This document shows positions 13,955 to 26,296 of a stretch of DNA of 64,000 bases, piece by piece. The stretch comes from Fonticula alba ATCC 38817. Taxonomy: Eukaryota > Protista > Nucleariida. The notes under the pieces are model-generated. The model made no database searches. It worked only from the letters and a program-made list of their open reading frames with translations, and was not told where the DNA came from. The first letter of the stretch is position 1. Each line of letters opens with the position of its first letter. The DNA is taken from the NCBI GenBank assembly GCA_000388065.2, contig KB932207.1; one strand, given 5' to 3'. Position numbers and translations under genes: made by a program.

Positions 13955-14873
13955 TCACTTGATGTTGATCTTCTCGTGGGCACCGTGGATCTTGTGGGAG
14001 GAGGTCCCGTCGGTGGCGGTCTCGCCGAGGGACCCCCGGCGGGCGGACTTCGGCGAGTGGGGCCCGGCCTCGTCGGTGGCGCCGCGCTTGAGCATGTTCA
14101 TGCCGGCCTCCATCCACATGGTGATCTTGGTGGTCAGGGTGTTGTCCCAGATCTCGGCGGTCTGGGCCTCGACACGCAGCAGGCACAGCTCCGGCGACTC
14201 CTTGCCCTTGGGGAAGAAGGCGTCCCAAGCGTGGGTGTAGAACTCGTCGATCTTCTGGCGGTCCTTGTTGATGATGGCCTTGCCGCTGATGGAGATGAAG
14301 GAGCTGCTGCTCTGGAAGGAGACGCTCACGTGCGGGTCGAACTCGATGTCGGAGCACTGCAAGATGGGCCGGCGTGTGCGAGAGTCCCATTGTGCGTGTG
14401 CGTGTGCGTGTGCGTGTGCGTGTGCGTGTGCGTGTGCCAGAGGAGGGAGAGGTGAGTATGCGGCGAGCAGCCCCCCCTGCCAGGCAAAGAAAGGATCATC
14501 CATGCTGGNNNNNNNNNNGCAGCCCCCCCTGCCAGGCAAAGAAAGGATCATCCATGCTGGTCGGGGGGGGGGGGGGGGGGGGACGATCGCCCACATCTCA
14601 GCACAGGGGGGGGGGGGGGGACCCACTTTTGGCACGCACCTTGCTCGAATCGCAGGACATGGCAAACCAGACGTCGCCGTTGTCATCGACATGGGCCACG
14701 GCCATCGGACGGGTGCGGAGGCCGCTGTCGGCCCGACGCGTGGTCAGCATGGCGTTGTGGAAGCCGCGCATGTTCTCAACAAGCTTCTTGACCTTCTCCG
14801 CGTGCTGCTTGTCGCCATGCGCGGAGTCCATCATGCGGCTCTGGTCCTTGGAGCTGGGGGCAACGGAACCCAT
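13955..14873 (-). CDS. General stress protein 26 / BLI-3-like pyridoxamine-5'-phosphate-oxidase-like (FMN split-barrel) protein; exons 14873-14640 and 14356-13955
   Basis: AMLTTRRADSGLRTRPMAVAHVDDNGDVWF, then DSSK|CSDIEFDPHVSVSF, FISISGKA and WDAFFPKGKESPELCLLRVEAQTAEIWD match the family pattern. Phase-0 GTGCGT..GCAG intron. Confidence 0.85.
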
Positions 14874-17789
14874 CTGCACGAGCGCGCATGATATCGGGGG
14901 GGAGGCCGGGGGGGGGGGGGGTCAAATCAAGTTAGAGGACGGTTCAGATGCCCCCAGGTACACCGGGCCGCCGGACGGCCGGACGGCAATGTCAGAGGCC
15001 TAAGCTAGGGTGATGCGCGACGAGGGGAGGCAATAGCGCAAGCCACACCCCTGCCGTCAGCCGGGCAAGCGGGCACCCTGTCCCGAGAGACAGGGGGCTC
15101 ACACGCGTCGGTGACCGGAGCCGCGATCCACCCCCCCTCGGGACAACCGCACGCCGGAAATGTGACGCACCTTGACTTGTGAAGTATCGGGGGGGGGGGG
15201 GGGGAGCGAGAAATGTGTGTGGAGTCCGGGTAGAAGGGACACCAACGAAAAGCGACGAGGGGGGAGAAGGAAAAATCGGCGGGGGCTCGGACTTCCTTTG
15301 GGGCTAACGAAGGGAGCCCCAGGGCATCTTGGCAAGCTCGCTGATATAGGTGGGTGACGCGCGCCCCATGCCCGAGCTCTCGTGCGAGCATTTGCCTCGG
15401 CCCGGCCGCGCGCGCGCGCGCGCGCGCGCGTCGTGCGTGCACATCCTCTCCTCCTGCCCCCTCGCCTCCTCTCCGCGCCCTGCCCAGCCCCCGAGGCGCC
15501 AGCCCCCTCCCCCCAGGCGAGGCGCCCCGCCGGGCAGGAGCAACCCCCTGCCATGACCCGGGAGAGAAGGCCCTCGCGGGATTGTCCAGACACATACGCC
15601 GATACATAGATAGTGGCACATGGGCAGATTGAAACAGGCACCAGGGAGGCCGGGCATGCATGGACCGCAGTAGGGGCCGACTGGAAGCCCCCCTGCTTGT
15701 TCTGGGCCCTGTGGCAGCGCAACAGATAGACATCAGGGGGGGGGGGGGGGGCACATTTTGGCCAAACCACCCCCCCCGCCCCCCCCCCCCCCCCACACAC
15801 ACACACGCCCTGTAACCCTCCCTGGCCGGATCGCTCCGCGCCGCGGTTGGGTGAACACCGGTGACCCACCTGGCGGCATATCTCGACGCCTCCCGGGGCA
15901 ACCGCGCCCGACCTGACACCCGGGACAAGCGATTGCGCGCCCTTGGGCCGCCGGCAGCGTTTTGTGGAGGTATCTCCAGTCCCGGCCCCTTTGCCGCGCT
16001 GCAGGCGATACCCGGCGAGATCCCCCGCCAGGCCGGCATACGTCAGATTCCGGAGCGCCTGGGTGTGTGTCTTCGGGCTCATCCCCCCCCCCCCCCCCCC
16101 CCCCCGGAGGAGCGGCGGAGTTTTGGAGAACCCTCGCGCAGGCCTGGCCCCAGTCCAGCATTGCGGGAGGGGTGCCCTCCAGCGGAGGTGCCACCATGGT
16201 CAAAGTCTCCTGCATACCTTAGATGCTACTGCGCCCTGCCAGCCGGCCACCCCGCTCGCCCCTCCTCCCCTGCTACACACACACACACACACCCTCTTGA
16301 GCGCCAACCGCCCGCCACATGTGCAGCCGGATGCGCGCTTTTACACACGCGAGATGCGCCGAGACATCTCACGAAGGGGGCAGGGGGTGACGAAATCAGC
16401 GATACAGATCTGCAAGGGTCCAGCGTCCCCGGGGCCCTTCGCCCCGCCGGCGCCCAAGTTGCGGCTCCCGAGGGAAAATTGTCCCCACCAGGGGAGGAAA
16501 AAGAAGCAGCGTCCAGCAACACCCTTCCCGCCTGCCGGAGGCGGCCACAGGGCACGGCGGATGGCAGAGGAACAGCCGGGAGCGGGGAGCGGGGAGCGAG
16601 GAGCGTGGAGCGGGGTTAATTGACGGGGACCATGCGCCGGTTGCCTATGCCACTGATACTCTCCGCTGAGAGGGGGCCGGCCCCCGCTCCCCCTGTGTTC
16701 CCGAGTCACCCGGGGCAATGGTGGCTCGGAGCATGCCCCAGGCCGATGCAGGCCAGGTTCCCTGGTTGCCGCGCCCGGGGCATTCGCCGAGGACCGATTG
16801 AGGATGAAGGGCAGCCCGAAGATCGGCCTCAGCCCGGCGCGGCGGCGCTGCCGGGCATCCAGGCCCACGCGCCGACGCGCATCCGTCCGGATCGTGCCCC
16901 GGCTGCGGTCCCCCCCACCCCCCCCCCCCCGCCTCCCGCACTCGCAGGAAACGGATTGGTCCTGGTAGTCCACAACCAAAGATGTCATCGGTCACGGGAT
17001 ATGACCTCGGCTGACGCTGATCACGCTCCAGGCCCCGCACCGGCCCCAGAGCTCGCGTCCACCGGCCTCGGGCCAGTGCCGCCCTTGCCGGCCCGCCCGG
17101 GCGCGCCGCTCGCCTCGCCTTGGTCAGCTGCGCCACACTGGGCGGGGGTGGAGGCGAGATATGTGGGGACCGGCGCCGAGAAGGCAAGGCCATCGCGGCG
17201 CGTGTGCGCGCATTGCCCTCACGCTGTGGAGTCGGCTGTGGTTGGCAAGAGCCCCAGCACAAACCGGGAGCGAGCCCCCGGCAAAGGGGTGCAAAGGCAT
17301 GTCTGTGAGGCGTCTTGTGCCATGCCGACGACACAGGGGGGCGGGGGGACGGTGCTGGATGGGGATTTTTTTTGCATTTAAGGAGGGAAGTGGGGGGAGG
17401 GGGGAGGCGCGTGGAGAACGCGCTCTGCGAGTTGTAGTCACCAAAGAGAGGGAGCGGCGCGGGTGCGCGCGGGTGCGCGTGCGCGCACATACAAAAGTCT
17501 CTTGGCTGGGCACAACGCGCGGATTCTAGGAAAAAAAACAATCGCGCGGAGGAAAAGGCCAGACAATGGTCCGGCACGACAAGACACACCACGCTCAAGA
17601 TTGCCGGACGGGGAGGGCGCGGGGGAGGGGGGAGGGACTCAGAGACAGGGGAAGAGAGGGAGCGAGAGGTCGATCATGCTCCGGACGTGCAAACCCACGC
17701 GCGGCCAACAGCACGCGCGGCCGCCTCTGCGCGCACTCGCTCGGCCCGGCCCGGCCCGGCCCCATCCACCGGACGGATCTCCTCCGCAC

Positions 17790-18769
17790 TTAGAGCTTAA
17801 GGGCGTTGCTGAGGCGAGCAGGGACATGCTGGCTGCTGACCTCATCGAGATGGCCCTTGGAAATGGCCTCATGGATGCGGAGCTGGGACTCCTCCGGCAG
17901 GACACCCTCGGCGCCCTCGCCGAAGAGGATGGCACGGGCCTCCTTGAAGGCGGCCGAGCGCTCGCCGAGCACATGCTTCAGGCGAGCCATGGACTTGCGC
18001 ACCTTGCGCAGATGCTCCCGCGCATAGAAGGGGCGCTTCTCGATGTTGCAGGCGTACCGCTGGGTGAGCAGCATGTTGCGCTCCTTCAGCAGAACAAACC
18101 ACAGCTTGTGCAGGTCCTCATAGGAGTGGGTGCGAAGCTCGGACGCGGTCCAGCTGCGGCCTGTGCCCCGGGGGGGGGGGGGGGGGGTGCGCCCGGTCGA
18201 GTGGTGATGGTGAGCACGGTGAGCAGGCATGGCAGTGACGCATATGCGTGAGCAGGGGGGCGGGTGGGCGGGCGGGCGGGCGGGCGGGGGCCAGGGTCTG
18301 GCTCTCGCGGCCAGCACGAAGGCCGGCCCAAACCGCAGGCAAGCACAAGGGCCCGGCCGGGCGAGGGGAAAAGCCACGCACCAACTGACATCTTCTCCGG
18401 GGTCGCCGAGGCGTACTGGGTGGGGGGAAGGAAAAACTGCGAGAACGGATGGGTCTGGAGACTGGTCATGGTGGCGACCAGCTCGTCGCGGGTGCGCTGG
18501 TTCCGGTCGGCCACGGACTCCTGCTCGACCTCCTCGCGGTTGGCCTCCTTGGCGCTGACACGGCGGTTCACATGGTTGGCCATCTGGCGCATGTGCCGGT
18601 CGCGGGGGTTGACGTAGCGCGAGTAGGCGCGCCCATTGGACGGGGGGGCGCCCTCGTTGGACGTGGTGGTGGCAGCCAGGCCGGCAGGCAGCACCGGGCC
18701 CATGGGCTGACCCAGCCGGAAACCCGCCAGCAGGGCGGGGCGCGAGAGCCCGACAGTGCGGCTCAGCAT
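17790..18769 (-). CDS. MRPL47: Mitochondrial ribosomal protein uL29m (L47/MRPL4); exons 18769-18382 and 18160-17790
   Basis: GRSWTASELRTHSYEDLHKLWFVLLKERNMLLTQ and RKVRKSMARLKHVLGER. The Arg/Ser-rich N-terminus resembles a presequence. Confidence 0.93.
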
Positions 18770-20211
18770 CGCGATGTGCGGGAAGGGGGGGGGGAAGGGG
18801 GCGAAAAGCAGGAGGGGGAAAGGGGGAGGGGGGGGGGGGGAGAGGCGCTGAGGGCACAGTTGTCCAGGGCCCGACGGGACATGGCCGCCGGCCGGGGAGG
18901 CACTTCAATCTGCCCGGAGACGTGTGGGGAATCGAACCCTCCCGGGCCCCGGCGAGCCGGCATCTGGCGGACCGCACAGCCCGGCACATGGTGGCGGGCA
19001 CAGACACCCCTCGGCGTCCGGCCCCGGGGCACATGCTGCGCACCCATCAGGACTCCCGGCGCGAGGGGCCGCCGGGCCGGGCCGCTTGCCTGGCGGGTCA
19101 GCCTCCCTCGGACGCGTGTGCCCGCGTCGCCGCAACCACGGGCGGGCGGGCGGGCGGGAGGGGTGGCAGGGGGGGGAGGGGGGTAGCTTCGGCGGTGGCA
19201 GTGGCGGCGCGCCCCGCTGCTCAGATCAAAATGGCATTCCTCCTCTACTCCCGACGCGCCGTGGGCAGCTGACGTGCCCACTGTCTGGCCGAGTCAGTTA
19301 CCCACCCTGCCCGTTGGTGTCGGCCGGGGCAGGCGAGGCGCAGAGGCGCAGGCACGGCGGGGGTGGGCGGGCTAATGGGCCGCCCCTGGGGCCCGGTGCC
19401 CGCCCGAAGGGGGGGGGGGGGGATAAAAAAGCCTGGAGCAGGACCCGGGCACGCCGCCCGGGGGCGGTGTGCGCGGGGGGGAGGAGGAGGGCTGAAGTGA
19501 AACATTGCTCCCCCCCCCCCCCCCCNNNNNNNNNNNNNNNNNNNNNNNNNNNNNNNNNNNNNNNNNNNNNNNNNNNNNNNNNNNNNNNNNNNNNNNNNNN
19601 NNNNNNNNNNNNNNNNNNNNNNNNNNNNNNNNNNNNNNNNNNNNNNNNNNNNNNNNNNNNNNNNNNNNNNNNNNNNNNNNNNNNNNNNNNNNNNNNNNNN
19701 NNNNNNNNNNNNNNNNNNNNNNNNNNNNNNNNNNNNNNNNNNNNNNNNNNNNNNNNNNNNNNNNNNNNNNNNNNNNNNNNNNNNNNNNNNNNNNNNNNNN
19801 NNNNNNNNNNNNNNNNNNNNNNNNNNNNNNNNNNNNNNNNNNNNNNNNNNNNNNNNNNNNNNNNNNNNNNNNNNNNNNNCCGGTGCGTGCTCATCATTCC
19901 CCCCCCCCCCCTCCCTCCCTCTCCCCCCGCCGCGTTTCCGCCGTGCCTGCTCCCAGGCTTCCCCTCCCTGCCCCGAGCGCTTCTCTATCACGCCCACGCC
20001 CACGCCCACGCCCGCAGCTTCTCCTCCCCCCCCCCCGCCCTCCTCCCCCAATCCCCCGCTCCCTCGCGTCCGCGCTCCGCTGCCCACCGAGACCGAGTGA
20101 GAGACCGCCGCGCGCTCGCGCCCTTCTCCGCCTGCTCGTGCCCACATATCGCGCCTGCTGCCCCGGCCGCCGCTGCCGCCGCCGCCGCTGTGCGCTCCCC
20201 TCCTCGCTGCC

Positions 20212-23200
20212 ATGTCCTTCACCAGTGACGAGGTGAACCTCCTGATCTACCGCTATCTGCAGGAGTCCGGTGCGTGCTCATCATTCCCCCCCCCCCCCCT
20301 CCAGCGGGGATGGAGTGGGCTGGCAGAGAGGGGGCTTGATGATGGTCCGGCTCTGACACATGTCCCTCCCCAATGCACATCGTGGGATTTGCCGGCCCCT
20401 TGGCTCGCCTCCAGGCTTTTCCCACTCGTCGTTCGTCTTCAGCAATGAGAGCCTCCTCTTCCAGGCGGACATCCTGACCGAGCCGTCGGCCGATGACGGC
20501 GACGTGCCGCCCGCCTTGAACATCCCCCCCGGCGCGTTGATTGCCCTCCTGCAGAAGGGCCTCCAATATGTGGAGATCGAGTGGCATGTTCGTGAGGTGC
20601 GTCCTCGGGCCGGCCGCCGGGCCCACTCCTCCCCAGCGGTCTCTCTCTCCCTCTCGCTCGCTCGCTCGCTCGCTCGACATGAGCGCACACACCTGGATAG
20701 GCATATATGGCCATGCTCTTCGTTCCTGACCCTCGCCTCTTCCCTCTCCCGCCCGGCACGACCCCCTGTACAGGACGGCAAGGAGATCTCCTGCCGCGAC
20801 ATCCCGTCATTAATCACGGCCACGCAGCCGCACCACTGCAGTGCGGCGCCGGTTCGCCGCCGGGGGCGGTCAGCCTCGCGCGCCTTCCACCATGCGGCAT
20901 ACTGTGACATGCCCTCGCCGGGGATCGCGCGCCTGCAGCAGCGGGTCAAACGCCGGCGAAAGGCCCGGCCCGCGGCCGGCCCCTCCAAAGCCGTCATGCT
21001 CTATGGGCATTCGGGTGAGGTACGCTCACGGCCCCCGGACGCCTCCCTGTCCGTCTGCCCGCCCCCTCCCTGTCCGTCTGCCCGCCCCCTCCCTCCCTCC
21101 CCCTCCCCCGCCCTCACCCCCCACCCCACCCCACCCACGCGTTCAGGTTTTCTCGTGTGCTTGGAACCCGGCCAACGCCAATCTCCTGGCCTCCGGCTCT
21201 GGCGACGGCACGGCCCGGATCTGGCAACTCCCCGCCGAGCCGCTCAGTCCCCCCAATCTGGCCGCCGCAACGGCCACTCCCGGAACCTCCCTCCTGGAAT
21301 CCCTGTCCTCCGTTGTGCTGGACCACTCGGCCCTGATCCGGACGCCAACCACCTTCCCCAGGCGGGATGTCCCCTGCGTCGACTGGAGTGTCCGTCCTTG
21401 TGGCCCCTTTTGCCCGCCCGCCCGCCCGCCCCTGCTGCCTTGACATGTGTTCCCCCGCGAGGGAGGGGTGATCGATCGCCTGCCGTGCGACTGACACGCC
21501 AATGGCCCATTTCCCCCCCCCCCCCCCCACTCCCCCCCGGCCTCGCTCCCCGGCCTCGCTCCCCGGCCCCCCAGACGGACGGCATTATGCTGGCCACCGG
21601 GGCATACGATGGCAGTGCGCGGCTTTGGTCCATCCGGGGCCAGCTCCTGGCCACGCTGCAGCCATCCGATCCCACCCGGGCAGCTCCCCTGCTCTCGGTC
21701 AGCTGGAGCCCGGCCCTTCGAGCCCTGGCCGGGCCTGAGCCCGAGTCCGATACTCGCTGCCTGCTGAGCACCTCCCTCTCCGGGCGCATCGACCTGTGGC
21801 TGGTCAAACCAAATGGCCAGTATCCCTTCCTGCTGGAGGAGAAGGGAGGCCCTGACGGGCTGACTGTCAAGCAGGACGAAATCCAACCCTTCACCGCGGC
21901 CCCCATCCACTGGGCCCAGACCTCCCATCATGCCGGTGCGTGCTGCCCCGTGAGAAGTGGGCTGCTCGATGGCAGCCCGCGGCGTGGGCCTCCGCCAGGC
22001 AAGGGGCTCTTTTTTTTTTTTGCCCGGCTCTGCCCCTTTCTCCCGTGCTTCCCCTCCTTTGTGCCTGCGTCGTGCTCCGTGGCTCATTGTCCCCCCCCCC
22101 CCCCCTCCCCCCCCCCGCCGCCGCGCCTACTTCTGCCCCACCCTCCCGGCCGTAGCCCCGGTCCTGGACATCGCTTGGCGCGATCACAGCGTCTTCGCCA
22201 CGTGCGGCATGGATGGCTGGGTGGCGGTACACAGCCTGGCCGGGCTGCCGTCCGGGCCCGAATCCAGCGCCAGCCCCCTCACCCTGCCGCCTCCCCTGCG
22301 GAACTTCACTTCACATACGGACGAGGTCAATGCGCTCCGCTGGTCGCCCGGCCGCTTCAGTGGCTTCTACGCGCCGGACGTCCTGCACAATGGGGACATC
22401 GCCCCGGCGCCCGGGTCACCGGAGCACGCTCTCTGCGTTGGAACCGGCGGCCCCGATGGCGACGATGGCATCGACCAGGGCGTCACCCTGTTGGCCACCT
22501 GCTCGGATGACGCCACGATCAAAGTACACCTGCCCCTCCCCCTCCTCTCCTTTGGCACTGGGCCTTCTTTTCTTCCTCCTTTTTTTTCCCCCTCCCCCCG
22601 CTTGAAAGAAGAAGAAGAAAAAACACCCCGCACCGCACACTCACCACTTGCCCACGCCGAACGCTCTGCAGATCTGGGACCCGCGGCTTTCGGCGGCGAC
22701 CGGCCCGCTGCGCGACTTGCGCGGCCACGCCGGGCCTGTGTGCGCCATCGCCTGGGCTCCGCCCGGGACCGGGCTGCGCTTCTTGCCGATGGCCGTCTCC
22801 TCGGCGCCAAGCCGGTCCGACACGCGCTCGAGCGTGGCTCCGGCCACGGAGAGCAAGACCGACGCGGCCCCCGGCCCGACACCCGCCCCGGGCCCCGGGC
22901 CCCCAACGGGCCTGGAAGCCGACTCCCTGTCGCTGCTGCTGAAGTCCGAGAGCCCTTGGGGCGGCCCGGCGTCCGGTGTCCGGCTCATGGCGTCGAGCTC
23001 CATCGATGGGACCGTGCGCGTGTGGGACCTGGCCAGCGGCGAGTGCATCGCGGTGCTGGACGACTTTGCCGTGGCCGCGGCCGCCGAAGGCGCCGCCCCC
23101 GACGCGCATGTGGTCTATTCTCTTTCTTTTTCTCCCTGCGGATCGCTGCTGGCGGCCGGGTCACTGAATGGCGTCCTGCGGGTGTGGTCCCTCCGGTATG

Positions 23201-23691
23201 CGGTGGTGGCCGTGTCGGCCGATGAGCAGCGCTCCGGCACGGACGCCGCCCCGGCGGATGAGAGCACCGCGGCTCGGCCGCTGGTGGTCCGGTCGCCGGA
23301 GCACCCTGCCGTCCCGCTGTACCTGGCCCCGGAGACCGCTGATCGGGTGTCGGTCCGGACGCACCTGGTCCGCGAGGTGGCCTCATGGACCGGGATCTTC
23401 GGACCGGTGTGGGCCGAGACCATTGTCAGCCCGCCGGCGGACGCGGCCTCGGCCCCTGCCGCCGACAAGCCGGAGCCGGATCTGGCGGCCGGCCCGGCAA
23501 ACCCGACGGCCGCCGCTCCGGCCGCCAATCCCCCGACGGATGGCGCCCCACCGGGCCTGGCCTCGCCGGTGCCGCCGCATGCCGCCGACCTCCAGGGCCT
23601 GGTGTATGATGTGGCCTGGGACTCCAGTGGGAGCCGCATCGCGGCAGCCCTCTCCTTCGGCGCCATCGGCCTCGTCGACGTTCGGATATAA
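20212..23691 (+). CDS. TBL1XR1: LisH + WD40 corepressor subunit TBL1/Sif2/HOS15; exons about 20212-20269, 20415-20596, 20774-21019, 21147-21389, 21575-21935, 22156-22523, 22672-23691
   Basis: [28 protein letters not shown] (LisH), PPGALIALLQKGLQYVEIE, VFSCAWNP..LLASGSGDGTARIW, LATGAYDGSARLW, LLATCSDDATIKIW, ASSSIDGTVRVWD, VYDVAWDSSG. Confidence 0.93.
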
Positions 23692-24072
23692 CTCGATCCC
23701 GGGGGCCTGTCACCCTGGACCCGGGCCCGGCCGCTGCTGTGTCCGGGGGCCCTTGCCGCCTGCTTTTTGCCGTGCTTGGCGTTTTGTCCCCTCTCTCTTT
23801 CTCTCTCTCCCTCTTGACTCCTCGCCATCCCCCTCCATGTGTGCTTTTTTCCTCCCGACCACATCCCCATTTTGTCCTTGTTCACGGGCCGCCCTGCGCC
23901 AGCTGGGCGGGACACGTCCCAATATACAGCGCGTGCACTTGCACATTGGTCAAGAGGGGGCAGAGGAAGGAGCCTACAAATCCAGAGGAGCGGGCGGGCG
24001 GGCAGGGGGGGAAGGGGGTCATTCATTTACCGGGCACCGGCAGACCGGAGGCGCGAGGGGGCCGAAGCCCGA

Positions 24073-25230
24073 TCACCGACCGCCCGAGCCGGAGTGTTTC
24101 CCGGAGCGCCCAGGTGCGGTTTTCAGCGGGAGCAACGGGCTTCCGGCCGAGGAGGGCTTTGCTCGTGGGGCGGCACCTGGTGCCGTCACGGCGGCGGCCG
24201 CGGCCGCGGCCGGCGCCGGTCCCGCCGCAGCAGCAGCCGATCCAGCCACAGAGCCGGCCGCCGATGTCGCGGGCAGGGCTGACTCGGGCTCGGCCAGGAG
24301 CGATTGCTCCAGGGCCACTATCCGGTCGCGAATCATGATGAGCATCGCCCGGAGGACCGGGATAGGAACGGATTCTGGACGGGGTTCAGCAGAGGGTTAG
24401 ACTGACGCAGAGCACCGAGGCCAGCAGGTAGGCGAGAGTCCATCGGCAGGCCTGTTCGCACCGCGGCTCGGCCCGAGGATAGCCGAGATGAGGCGGCTGG
24501 CGGAGATCTGCCCACGGGCGTCCGGCGCCCGGGCATCCGGCCCGCCAGGGCTGCCACCCTCGGCCAGGTACTGCTGGAAGCTGGTCTCCATGGTTTCCTC
24601 GGCGCGCTGCCAGAGGGCCTCAATCCACCCGGACGACAAGAGGTGCTGATGGAGGCGGGCCTTGATTCTGTGGCAGGGGGAATCATGCGCCCGGAGCGGG
24701 ACCCCAAGGCCCGACCGATGAATCGGCCCACGGGAGGGAGTGGATAGGAGAGGGAGAAGCAGGGGGCAGAACAGCGGCCTGTGAGCAAGACCCCGCGGGA
24801 GCACAGGGCGGTCAACCTGCTTGACCTCCAGGCAGCAGGAGGGAAACGCACTCGGACCGATCGCCACGACATTCCAGCGCACGGGCCACCCGCTCGTGGG
24901 GATCGGCCGTGGGGGAACTCCGGGAATTGCCGACCCGGGCAGGGCTGCCCAGTGAGGTGGGCCGCCGAGTGGCGCCGCCGCCGGCGCCAAGAACCCCCAT
25001 TCGGGGGGATGCCGACGGGCTGCGCGCTGTGGCTTGGCCAACAGCCGCTTTGGCCTTGGTGGCCCGCAGCGGTCCGGAGCTACATCGGTGAGTGGACAGA
25101 CGAGCGGCCGGCAGGGCGAAGAAAGGTGTGAAGGGGCAACAAGGTCAGCGGAGGACGGGGGGGGGAACCGGCCAGGGCACAGAGGTGATGGATTGGCGTG
25201 GTCGGCGGGCGAGAGCACGGACCCGCTCAT
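24073..25230 (-). CDS. ENY2: ENY2/Sus1 (SAGA DUB module / TREX-2 subunit) homologue with N- and C-terminal extensions; exons 25230-25169, 25079-24852, 24667-24462, 24374-24073
   Basis: All exon phases are consistent. The spliced core ERVARALECRGDRSEIKARLHQHLLSSGWIEALWQRAEE..ISASRLISAILGPSRESVPIPVLRAMLIMIRDRI aligns by eye to the ENY2 core ([46 protein letters not shown]). Exon 1 is the least certain. Confidence 0.75.
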
Positions 25231-26296
25231 GGGGAGGGAGGGGGGGCGGGACGTGGTAGACCGGCGAAGGAGGGGGCGAGGAAGATGGATGGGCGGATGG
25301 AGCTGGGGTGGGAAACAGCTCCAAAGTGGGTGACAATTGGGGGATGGGCGCACCCACAGGGTGCCAGGCAGATCGCACTTATCCTCTGTGTGTGTGTGTG
25401 TGAGCGCCCAGGCGAGCATACTCGGCCGCTCCAAACACGCAGGCCCGCCCGCCGGGCAGGGGGCAATCGGCTGGGCCTGGCTGGCCTGTACTGTCCCCCC
25501 CNNNNNNNNNNNNNNNNNNNNNNNNNNNNNNNNNNNNNNNNNNNNNNNNNNNNNNNNNNNNNNNNNNNNNNNNNNNNNNNNNNNNNNNNNNNNNNNNNNN
25601 NNNNNNNNNNNNNNNNNNNNNNNNNNNNNNNNNNNNNNNNNNNNNNNNNNNNNNNNNNNNNNNNNNNNNNNNNNNNNNNNNNNNNNNNNNNNNNNNNNNN
25701 NNNNNNNNNNNNNNNNNNNNNNNNNNNNNNNNNNNNNNNNNNNNNNNNNNNNNNNNNNNNNNNNNNNNNNNNNNNNNNNNNNNNNNNNNNNNNNNNNNNN
25801 NNNNNNNNNNNNNNNNNNNNNNNNNNNNNNNNNNNNNNNNNNNNNNNNNNNNNNNNNNNNNNNNNNNNNNNNNNNNNNNNNNNNNNNNNNNNNNNNNNNN
25901 NNNNNNNNNNNNNNNNNNNNNNNNNNNNNNNNNNNNNNNNNNNNNNNNNNNNNNNNNNNNNNNNNNNNNNNNNNNNNNNNNNNNNNNNNNNNNNNNNNNN
26001 NNNNNNNNNNNNNNNNNNNNNNNNNNNNNNNNNNNNNNNNNNNNNNNNNNNNNNNNNNNNNNNNNNNNNNNNNNNNNNNNNNNNNNNNNNNNNNNNNNNN
26101 NNNNNNNNNNNNNNNNNNNNNNNNNNNNNNNNNNNNNNNNNNNNNNNNNNNNNNNNNNNNNNNNNNNNNNNNNNNNNNNNNNNNNNNNNNNNNNNNNNNN
26201 NNNNNNNNNNGGGACAGCAGGGGAGAAGGAGAAGAAGAGGCAGAAGGAAGGCGACAAATGCCACAACAAAGATCGGCCTCCGGTCGCGCGGCGCAC

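Noticed and set aside
14465-14560. Direct repeat of about 40 bp flanking a 10-N gap
   Set aside because: Identical sequence on both sides of a placeholder gap indicates an unmerged contig overlap, not a biological repeat or target-site duplication.
18920-18950. GGTTCGATTCCC T-loop/B-box-like motif on the - strand
   Set aside because: The T-stem gives only 3 pairs, and I found no acceptor stem, D-arm or anticodon arm. Not a tRNA.
19880-19912. Copy of the TBL1 exon1/intron1 junction (CGGTGCGTGCTCATCATTCCCC, also at about 20268)
   Set aside because: It abuts an N-gap and ends in poly-C, so it is most likely a mis-join at a homopolymer.
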